In this document: piece after piece, positions 7,354 to 14,314 of the stretch
Numbering within the stretch: the first letter of the stretch is position 1
Layout: each line of letters opens with the position of its first letter
Assembly: GCA_964013405.1 (NCBI GenBank)
Contig: CAXGWI010000094.1
Location: 1 to 14,314 of the forward strand
Source of the DNA: an uncultured Myxococcales bacterium
Lineage (GTDB): Bacteria > Myxococcota > UBA4151
Direction of reading: 5' to 3'
Length of the DNA stretch: 14,314 nt
Program-made: the position numbers and the translations under genes
Notes under the pieces: model-generated
Database searches by the model: none
Told to the model about the DNA's origin: nothing
What the model saw: only the letters and a program-made list of their open reading frames with translations

Positions 7354-10152
7354 CTAGTCGGCTTCCTCTGCCGCCAGGCGGGCACCTCGCTCATCGATGA
7401 CCAGGGCTTCGAAGGCCCGTAAATCCAAGCCTTGAGGTGTTGAGAGCTCGGCCAGTACGGGGCCGATGTCCCCGTCGGCCGTCGAGGGCGCTTCATTGTC
7501 TCGCTCCGCTGGCTGATGGGTAATGATCTGCTTCCAACAGCGGGTGCTGGCATCCCCGAAGATGAGCAGGAGGTCTCCCCGCTTGGCCCGCTCAAGAGCA
7601 CTGTTCACGGCTTCCTCTTCGTCGACGATGACCTCCAGGCGATCGGCCTCGACACCGGCCGCTAACAACTCATCGTAGAGCATCCGTGGGATCTCATCAT
7701 CGCCCCGCCCCCGCCGGGCGTCATCGCGACGAAGGATGATGTGATCGAAGGGGCCAGCAGCGACGTTGCGGGCGATTTCCTGGATGTCTTCGTCCCGTCG
7801 GTCACCGGGCGCAGAGAGGACGCAAAGCCGGCGCCCTTCCACATCCAGCCGGGCGACGAGGTTGACCATCGCAAGCACCGCCGCAGGGTTGTGGCCGTAG
7901 TCCAAGATGACCTTGAAGGGGTGCTCATCGTAGACATTCATTCTTCCAGGCACTTGGAAGAAGGATGCGTCGAAGGTCCGCAGGCCCTGGCGAATGTTAT
8001 CGACCTTGATGTCCATCGCGTAGGCCATCAAGGCGGCAGCCATCGCATTTTGGACATTGTGCAGGGCTTTGCCCTCCATGGTGGCCGGGATCAGGTGGGT
8101 CCACAGCAAGGGCAGATCCAGACCATCATCGTAAAGGGTGATCATCTGGCCCTTGATGCCCTGCTCTAAGACGATGGCGAGCCCACCGGCTTCGATGTGC
8201 TGCAGGACCAACGGGTTGGTGGGATCCATGGTGAAGTAGGCGATGCGGCGGGCCTCGGTATGGGCCGCCATCTTCAAGCACAGGATGTCGTCGGCGTTTA
8301 AGACGGCACAATCCCGGGCCACCTCCACGACGGTTCGCTTCACCTCGGCCAACTGCTCGATGGTATCGATGCCCTTCAAGCCCAGGTGGTCGTTGGCTAC
8401 ATTCAGAACCGCACTCACGTTGCAACTGGAGTAGCCCAGCCCGGAGCGCAGCAGACCGCCTCGGGCTGTCTCTAGGACCGCAGTGTCAACCTTCGGATCC
8501 CGCAGGACCATCTGTGCAGAATGGGGACCCGTCATATCGCCAGCGGCGGTTCGCTGCCCATCGATGTAGACGCCATCGGTGGTGGTGAGCCCGACGGTGG
8601 CCCCAGACATCTTGAAGATATGGGCCAACATGCGGGCGGTGGTCGTCTTGCCGTTGGTACCCGTCAATGCGGCGATCGGGATCCGGGTGGGCGTGCCCGG
8701 AGGAAAGAGCATGTCCATCACGGGGCCGGCCACATCCCGCGGTTTACCCTCCGTCGGTGCCACGTGCATGCGGAAGCCAGGGGCTGCGTTCACTTCGCAA
8801 ATGGCGCCGCCGATCTCCCGGTAGGAGCGCGTGATATCCGGCGTAATGAAGTCGACGCCGGCCACGTCCAGGCCGATGGCTCGGGCAGCCCGCTGGGCCA
8901 TCTCTCGATTGTCGGGATGGACCACATCGGTCAGATCGATGGCGGTCCCTCCCGTAGACAGGTTACCCGTGGAGCGAAGGTAGAAGATTTCGCCGTCCTC
9001 GAGCACGGTCTCTGCCGTATAGCCCGCACCTTCGAGGAGGCGGTTCGCCTGATAATCTAACTCGATTCGAGTGAGCACCTTCTCATGGCCGACGCCACGG
9101 CGGGGATCCTCGTTCACCTTGTCGACGAGCTCAGAGATCGTGCTCGTTCCATCGCCGACCACATGGCCGGGAACCCGTTTGGAGACCGCAACCAATTCCC
9201 CATCGACCACCAACATACGATGATCAAAGCCCTCGATCATCTGTTCTACGAGGACGCTGCGGCCGTGCTCTTTGGCTTTGCCCACCGCGGCTTCTACTTC
9301 CTCCGGGCTCGTCAGGTTCAATGAGACGCCGCGCCCGTGATTCGCGTTGTAGGGCTTCACCACCACGGGATAACGCAGTGACTGCGCCGCGCGGATGGCC
9401 CGGCGGACTGAGCGCACGAGCTTCTGCCGAGGCACCGGTAGCCCGATGGCGGTCAACAGGTCGTTGGTCTCTTCTTTATCCGAGGCGATCTCTACCGCGA
9501 TGTGGCGGGTTTCCGAGGTCACCGTCGCTTGAATTCGCTTTTGAAACTTCCCGTGGCCGAACTGGACGAGGGAGTAGTCGTTGAGCCGCAGCCAAGGGAT
9601 GTCCCGTTCCTCGGCGGCCCGGATGAGCGAGGCGGTGGAGGGTCCGAACTGTCGTCGCTGAGCGAAGGTGATCAGGTCGTCCAATTCCTCTTCGTAGTTG
9701 AAGTCTGAGCGGATCTTTGCGCCCCCGCGGAGGGCTTCAGGGATCGCCTGATGGATCATCTCTACCGCAAGGTCGGCGGCCGCTAAGCCCACTCGTTCCT
9801 CTTCATAGGAGTAAACGACGTGATACTGTCCATCGAGCCCGGTTCCACGGGTTTTTCCGAAGGTGACCCCGGCACCGGTGAGTCCCTGCAGCTCGATGGC
9901 CATATGTTCTAGAATGTGACCCATCCAGGTCCCGCCATCCTCTTGCAGACGGCGGACGAAACCACCGGGTTCGCCATAGGAACAGCCATGCTCATTCAGG
10001 CTCGGCATCCAGGCGAGCAATTGGGCATTGAAATTGGGGATGGTGGCGCTGGGGTAATCCTCGAGCGGCCCCAAATCGAGGGTGAGGCGGATGACCCGAA
10101 AACGGGCGTAGTGATTGGGGCCTCGAAAGACTCGGCGTTCAACGATGTCCAT
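7354..10152 (-). CDS. cphA: Cyanophycin synthetase CphA1 (N, ATP-grasp G and Mur-ligase M domains)
   Basis: 932 aa with N-domain FRGPN and C57...H79-I-L-E82-H83; G domain GPSTASL, VVVKPYNANHGRGV, DHRMLVV, NEDPRRG.GHEKVLT, NLSTGG, EVNAAPGFRMH; M domain TGTNGKTTT, ETARGG, DHLG, DYGHNP. A GGAG RBS lies just upstream of the ATG, and the gene is adjacent to cphB. Confidence 0.97.
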   Translation of the reverse strand: MDIVERRVFRGPNHYARFRVIRLTLDLGPLEDYPSATIPNFNAQLLAWMPSLNEHGCSYGEPGGFVRRLQEDGGTWMGHILEHMAIELQGLTGAGVTFGKTRGTGLDGQYHVVYSYEEERVGLAAADLAVEMIHQAIPEALRGGAKIRSDFNYEEELDDLITFAQRRQFGPSTASLIRAAEERDIPWLRLNDYSLVQFGHGKFQKRIQATVTSETRHIAVEIASDKEETNDLLTAIGLPVPRQKLVRSVRRAIRAAQSLRYPVVVKPYNANHGRGVSLNLTSPEEVEAAVGKAKEHGRSVLVEQMIEGFDHRMLVVDGELVAVSKRVPGHVVGDGTSTISELVDKVNEDPRRGVGHEKVLTRIELDYQANRLLEGAGYTAETVLEDGEIFYLRSTGNLSTGGTAIDLTDVVHPDNREMAQRAARAIGLDVAGVDFITPDITRSYREIGGAICEVNAAPGFRMHVAPTEGKPRDVAGPVMDMLFPPGTPTRIPIAALTGTNGKTTTARMLAHIFKMSGATVGLTTTDGVYIDGQRTAAGDMTGPHSAQMVLRDPKVDTAVLETARGGLLRSGLGYSSCNVSAVLNVANDHLGLKGIDTIEQLAEVKRTVVEVARDCAVLNADDILCLKMAAHTEARRIAYFTMDPTNPLVLQHIEAGGLAIVLEQGIKGQMITLYDDGLDLPLLWTHLIPATMEGKALHNVQNAMAAALMAYAMDIKVDNIRQGLRTFDASFFQVPGRMNVYDEHPFKVILDYGHNPAAVLAMVNLVARLDVEGRRLCVLSAPGDRRDEDIQEIARNVAAGPFDHIILRRDDARRGRGDDEIPRMLYDELLAAGVEADRLEVIVDEEEAVNSALERAKRGDLLLIFGDASTRCWKQIITHQPAERDNEAPSTADGDIGPVLAELSTPQGLDLRAFEALVIDERGARLAAEEAD

Positions 10153-10192
10153 GATGTGCTCCAGTCGAGCGTGAAAGGGATTAGCTTCCGGT

Positions 10193-11014
10193 TTAGGGAG
10201 GGGTGGCGCAGCGGGTGTTTAAGTCAAAGCGCGACCCGTGGGGGAGGATGTGCACACGCACATCGGTCATACACAGGGGCTCCCCTTCGCGGGTCTCTGC
10301 AATGGAGGAGTGACTGAGTTGGGAGACGTCGACGACAGTAATCGCCCCCGAGCCGACCACTCGAACCACATTGTCTGGAGAGATGAATGCGGCCGTATCT
10401 TCATCCAAGCCCAGGCCCACAGCAAAGGGGTTGTAGCTGAGCGCACTGAGGAGTCGGCCTAAACGATCTCGTTCCCGAAAGTGCTGATCGATGACGAAGC
10501 GATTGGTCAGCCCGAGTCCTGGGGCCAAGGAGACCATGCCGGCCAGGGGAGTTCCCCCGGTCCCACCGTATGCGATCATGTGTTCGGGGAGGATGGCAGC
10601 CCCGGCCGAAGTGCCGCCCACCGGGATGCCCTTGGCGTTGAGTCGGCGCACCAAGGTCGCCACGGAGGTGCCACCTAGGGTCGCGGAGAGCCGCAGTTGA
10701 TTGCCGCCGGTGAAGAAGACACCGCTGGCGTCGTTCAGGGCCTCGAGCCAGTCGTCCCGGTCCGTATCGACCCGTTCCCGGTAAGGGAGCGAAACCGCCG
10801 ACTGGGCCCCCAGTTCCTGGAACAAATCTTCGTATTGTTTGCCCGTTTCATCCAGGGATGAGGCCGTGGGAATGATGACGATGCGTGATTCCTCTTCGCC
10901 GCTCAGGCGGACGAAACGCTGGAGGATCCTCGGGTGACCGACCTTTTCCTCGGCGCCACCGACGGGAACAATCCAGCCCCGGGTTTCATCGGTTTGACTG
11001 CGGGATGGGCTCAT
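10193..11014 (-). CDS. cphB: Cyanophycinase (peptidase S51), intracellular CphB type
   Basis: Motifs VGGAEEK, IIPTAS, FFTGGNQLRL, nucleophile elbow GTSAGA, DQHFRERDRLGRL and GLDEDT (Ser-His-Glu triad). No signal peptide is evident. ATGA overlap with the iadA stop. Confidence 0.96.
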   Translation of the reverse strand: MSPSRSQTDETRGWIVPVGGAEEKVGHPRILQRFVRLSGEEESRIVIIPTASSLDETGKQYEDLFQELGAQSAVSLPYRERVDTDRDDWLEALNDASGVFFTGGNQLRLSATLGGTSVATLVRRLNAKGIPVGGTSAGAAILPEHMIAYGGTGGTPLAGMVSLAPGLGLTNRFVIDQHFRERDRLGRLLSALSYNPFAVGLGLDEDTAAFISPDNVVRVVGSGAITVVDVSQLSHSSIAETREGEPLCMTDVRVHILPHGSRFDLNTRCATPP

Positions 11015-12177
11015 TGTTGCTCTCTTTCAAAGGGTCCAAGTCGAGTGGTTTTGCCACCACGGACCATCCATTGCCCCCGAGCCATGACGGCTTCGAGGGC
11101 ATTGTGTTCGTCGAGTATGATCAAGTCTGCTTCCAAGCCTTGGGCGATCCGCCCTTTCTGGGCGAGTCCAGCCACCCGGGCCGGGTTGCGGGTAAAGATG
11201 GGGAGGACCTGCGCGAGGTCGAAGCCCTCTTTGAGTAAGTCCTGCAGGCTTTCCAAGAGCGTGATGGGTTGGCCCACGTCCATGTGGATCAACTTGCCGT
11301 CTGCATCGAAGACGGGGAGACAACCCGCACCATCGCTGCTGCAGGTGAGTTGCTCTACGGGTAAATCATCGCCAAGCCAGCGGCTGATGGCTTCGGCCGC
11401 ACTGTAGCTGTTCTCGTCGGCCTCAAATGCAGTGACGTCCACCGTGATGCCCCGTTCAGACAAGGCCTGGGCCTCGGCGAAGAGCGCCCGCTGCCGATTG
11501 ACATGGGTGGGATGGAAGACCCGTGCTGGGAGTTCCGATTGGTCGAGGGCCCGGCGCACCAGGTCCAGGCCGCGCACCCCATCGCCCAAATGGAGGTGAG
11601 TATGCCCCGATTTCCCGGCGATCATCCCGGCGACATAGGCGTCCGAGACGACCCGCAGCAATTCATCAAGGGTGGGCTGAGACGAGCGATGATCACTGAG
11701 GGCCAATTCGCCCACGCCGATGATGGGATCGACAAAGACGATATCGTCACGGACCGTCCCGGTCAGGGTCACCGGAGGCACTTGATAGCTGCCCGTATAG
11801 CACCAGGCGGAGAGTCCCAGATCCCGAAGGCCCAGGGTTGTGGCGACCAGATCGCGCATCGTACGGGTACTGCCATCGGTTCCAAGAACCCCGATGCAGG
11901 TGGTGACGCCGGCCCGTGTCAGCCCACTCAGGGCGAGGGGGGGAACTCGGGTTGCGGGGCCATCTTCACCGCCCCCGCCGGACAGGTGCACATGGCAATC
12001 GACCAGCCCGGGCAATAGGCGCTTGCCGGCAAGGTCGACCTCCTCCTGGGGCAGCGAAGCATCCAGCCCCGGCAGTTCCGGAGCCATGGCAACGATTTGG
12101 TCGCCAGCAATCCACAGGTCCCGCCGCCCCAAGCGCTCGGGGGCATAGACCTCCGCTTGTCGTAGGACTGTAAACAC
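11011..12177 (-). CDS. iadA: Isoaspartyl dipeptidase / beta-aspartyl peptidase (amidohydrolase superfamily)
   Basis: Motifs PGLVDCHVHLSGGGGEDG, GVTTCIGVLGTDG, TGSYQVP, GVGELALSDHRSSQP, HLGDG, PTHVNR and SSDGAG. The start is reassigned to GTG 12177 (388 aa, normal IadA length), with AGGGAG about 9 nt upstream. The 39-aa extension in the ORF track looks non-coding. Confidence 0.95.
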   Translation of the reverse strand: MFTVLRQAEVYAPERLGRRDLWIAGDQIVAMAPELPGLDASLPQEEVDLAGKRLLPGLVDCHVHLSGGGGEDGPATRVPPLALSGLTRAGVTTCIGVLGTDGSTRTMRDLVATTLGLRDLGLSAWCYTGSYQVPPVTLTGTVRDDIVFVDPIIGVGELALSDHRSSQPTLDELLRVVSDAYVAGMIAGKSGHTHLHLGDGVRGLDLVRRALDQSELPARVFHPTHVNRQRALFAEAQALSERGITVDVTAFEADENSYSAAEAISRWLGDDLPVEQLTCSSDGAGCLPVFDADGKLIHMDVGQPITLLESLQDLLKEGFDLAQVLPIFTRNPARVAGLAQKGRIAQGLEADLIILDEHNALEAVMARGQWMVRGGKTTRLGPFEREQQ

Positions 12178-12185
12178 CGTGAATC

Positions 12186-12193
12186 GCTCCCTG
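12186..12193 (-). promoter_or_regulatory. Probable Shine-Dalgarno site (AGGGAG) for iadA
   Basis: The minus strand reads gcaaaagc-AGGGAG-cgattcacg-GTG(12177). Confidence 0.6.
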
Positions 12194-12331
12194 CTTTTGC
12201 CCTGATCGCCTCGACGTCGAGCATTTTCGCGACGACGTTGAGACCCAGGGCGGATGCGCCCCTCGCGCGGGTGGAGGCGGCGCGCAAGCGCCATTTCGTG
12301 GCGGGCTTGAGATGATGTGGCGGCCCCTTGC

Positions 12332-13186
12332 CTACGGCTTGGGCAAGTCGACCAATTGGCCCCGTTGGTAGTCTTCGATGGCCGTGATCAATTCGTGACG
12401 GCTATTCATCACGAATGGACCATAGCGCACCATGGGCTCGTGTAGCGGTTTCGCGGCGAGTATGAGGCACTCGCAGCCCTCAGGGCCGGCGACGAGATGA
12501 ACGGCCTGCAGGGCCTTCAAGCTACCGAAAATCCCTTCGTCGAGTTGAACACCATCGACCGTGAGTCCCCCCTCAAAAGGATAGAGATGGGCTTCTTGGT
12601 CCGCGGGCAGGGGGAGGTGCAGGGCCCTGTTGGGGCTGAGGCTCAAATGGGCATAGGTGATGGGAGTTGTGGTTTCCACGGGGGAGCGGAGGCCCAAAAG
12701 CTCGCCGCCGATGAGCCGCAAGGTATAACCATCCCCCTCATCTGTCGGAATGTCCTCGGGGGCCATCCCCTGATAGCGGGCCGCTGCCATCTTCTGGGCC
12801 GCGGGCAGGTTCACCCACAGTTGGAAGCCGTGCATGGTCCCACCCGTGCGAAGGAAGTCCGCGCTGGGCAGCTCGGAATGAATAACGCCTCGGCCGGCGG
12901 TCATCCATTGGACGCCTCCTGGAACCAGATGGGCACATGTCCCTGTGGAGTCCTCATGGACCATGGCGCCCTCAAGGAGGTAAGTGACTGTTTCAAAGCC
13001 TCGATGGGGGTGTTCTGGGGCGCCAATGGCCTCCCCTGGTCCCCAGGTCTTCGGCCCCATTTCGTCTAAGAGTAGGAAGGGGTCGATCTGGTCGCAGCCA
13101 GGCACGGGAAAGGGGCGTCGAACGGGAAACCCGCCCCCCTCAAGGGTCCGGTGGCTGGGCAGGCGCCGACGAAAGGGGCTCTCCAC
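12332..13186 (-). CDS. Pirin family protein (bicupin, Fe-binding)
   Basis: Motifs EGGGFPVRR, DPFLLLDEM, HPHRGFETVTY, HEDS, QWMTAGRGVIHSE, FQLWVNLP and C-terminal EPMVRYGPFVMN. The GTG start lies 3 nt after the upstream TGA. Confidence 0.95.
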   Translation of the reverse strand: MESPFRRRLPSHRTLEGGGFPVRRPFPVPGCDQIDPFLLLDEMGPKTWGPGEAIGAPEHPHRGFETVTYLLEGAMVHEDSTGTCAHLVPGGVQWMTAGRGVIHSELPSADFLRTGGTMHGFQLWVNLPAAQKMAAARYQGMAPEDIPTDEGDGYTLRLIGGELLGLRSPVETTTPITYAHLSLSPNRALHLPLPADQEAHLYPFEGGLTVDGVQLDEGIFGSLKALQAVHLVAGPEGCECLILAAKPLHEPMVRYGPFVMNSRHELITAIEDYQRGQLVDLPKP

Positions 13187-13189
13187 CCC

Positions 13190-14314
13190 TCAACGAATCC
13201 AGAGATTGGACAGGCGCCAGTAAGAACCGCTGCCACCACAGACATTGCCGAAGTCTGACCAGCTGTACCAACTGGCAGTGTTTGTGACCCCGGGGAGGTT
13301 ATGGGTGCGATCATGCTGCCGGTTGTCGCCGCAGCCGTGACAGCGGTAAGCGCCGGACCGGTTATCGCTGTCGGGCCAATCCCAGCAGGGCGAGCCGGTC
13401 CCGCCGCTTGAGTACACATTGCCGATGAACCGGACCCGGGTGAAGTTCATGCCGGCGTTGAGGCGAATACTGACACCACCTGCCCGATCCCCGCCCTCAA
13501 GGTTTGCCCGTGTGGCATCGCAGGTAAAGGAGCCGCCACTGTTGCTGAGCCAACTGCCGCAGAAGTTGTGGGGGTTGTTGGGACCGATGATTTCCGTCCA
13601 GCCACCGCCGTCAAAATCCATGTCGCAGCGGACCTGGCGAGGGGTTCCATCAGGGTTGATCCAGTAGGTGCCACTGCCAACGCCCGGGCGACCATCCCTC
13701 AAGGCCAGACACGTGGTCGCAGCGGAGGCCTCGGTTTCGCCCAAGCCCAGTTCGCAAGCGTTGGAGCAGACGTCGTCGTCATCCTCGTTGCCGTCGTCAC
13801 AGGCCTCAACATCACGGCGGACAAAGCCATCGCCGCAGCGGGCAGTGGCGCAGTCCGAGACACAGGCGTCACCGTCATCATCATTGCCATCATCGCAGTC
13901 TTCTACACCGGCCCGGACCACGGCATCACCGCAGACCGCTGCTTGGCAGTTGTTCAGACAAGCGTCGTCGTCGGCCTCATTGCCATCATCGCAGGCTTCT
14001 GCGCCGGGCTCGCCGGCTTCAAGGTCGACCCGGGCGATGCCATCACCGCAGGCGGCAGGCTCGCAGGCATTCGTACAGGCATCATCCGCATCTTCATTAC
14101 CATCATCACAAAGCTCTTCTCCCTCGTGAAGTTGCCCGTCGCCGCATCGGGCCCGTTCGCAGTTGGTGAGGCAGGCATCATTTTGAAGGTCATTGCCATC
14201 GTCACACTGTTCTGCGCCGATCGCTCCCGGCTCCAGATCGTTGCGGATGACGCCATCGCCGCAGCGAGCGGGGGCGCAGGCGTTGGTGCATGCGTCGCGA
14301 TCCACTCGGTTGCC
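13190..14314 (-). CDS. 5'-partial, probably extracellular protein: myxobacterial Cys-rich repeats (DUF4215-like), a fibrinogen-like YCDxxxxGGGW module and a Cys/Trp-rich C-terminal region
   Basis: The frame is open to the window edge (GNRVDRDACTNAC...). It contains repeated CGDG...E.CDDGN....DAC...C units, then TTCLALRDGRPGVGSGTYWINPDG...VRCDMDFDGGGWTEI, and ends LWIR-stop. Confidence 0.85.
   Translation of the reverse strand, partial: GNRVDRDACTNACAPARCGDGVIRNDLEPGAIGAEQCDDGNDLQNDACLTNCERARCGDGQLHEGEELCDDGNEDADDACTNACEPAACGDGIARVDLEAGEPGAEACDDGNEADDDACLNNCQAAVCGDAVVRAGVEDCDDGNDDDGDACVSDCATARCGDGFVRRDVEACDDGNEDDDDVCSNACELGLGETEASAATTCLALRDGRPGVGSGTYWINPDGTPRQVRCDMDFDGGGWTEIIGPNNPHNFCGSWLSNSGGSFTCDATRANLEGGDRAGGVSIRLNAGMNFTRVRFIGNVYSSGGTGSPCWDWPDSDNRSGAYRCHGCGDNRQHDRTHNLPGVTNTASWYSWSDFGNVCGGSGSYWRLSNLWIR
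13754..14314 (-). repeat. Tandem coding repeats: five complete and one partial Cys-rich CGDG/CDDGN units
   Basis: Units start at 14263 and have lengths 39, 32, 39 and 32 aa, followed by a final short-type unit. Each has four conserved Cys and an acidic DDGNxxxxD segment. Confidence 0.9.

Noticed and set aside
12178..12294. 39-aa Arg-rich N-terminal extension on IadA (possible Tat signal)
   Set aside because: There is no hydrophobic h-region. A GTG with a good RBS at 12177 gives a normal-length IadA beginning at the expected FTVL...VYAP.
12278..12296. Possible sigma-54 promoter (TGGCGCTTGC on the minus strand) or terminator hairpin GGCGC-GCAA-GCGCC
   Set aside because: The GG-N10-GC spacing is not met, and the stem is only 5 bp with no real U-tract on either strand.
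13754..14314. Repeats as a CRISPR array or a diversity-generating retroelement template
   Set aside because: The repeats are conserved at protein level with synonymous variation. There are no identical direct repeats with spacers, no cas or reverse transcriptase gene, and no TR/VR pair in the window.

Overview
GC-rich bacterial DNA, plausibly Myxococcota/deltaproteobacterial (inferred only from a myxobacterial-type Cys-rich repeat protein), with two convergent, tightly packed gene blocks. The + strand block (1-5654) is the end of a surface-polysaccharide locus: a WbpA-like UDP-HexNAc 6-dehydrogenase interrupted by an apparent frameshift in a G8 run, a GT4 glycosyltransferase with a large Arg/Trp-rich insert, an ABC-type transmembrane domain with no fused ATPase, and an asparagine-synthetase-like ligase lacking the N-terminal glutaminase Cys. 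The - strand block (5651-14314) holds a partial Cys-rich-repeat/fibrinogen-like protein, a pirin, and a four-gene cyanophycin cluster: iadA, cphB, cphA and a fourth gene. The fourth gene is a CphA paralogue that keeps an N-domain-like start and an intact Mur-ligase (M) module but has lost the ATP-grasp (G) module and the N-domain metal site. This 'N+M, no G' protein inside a complete cyanophycin operon is the best candidate for an uncharacterised system. No RNA genes, CRISPR arrays or mobile elements were seen.
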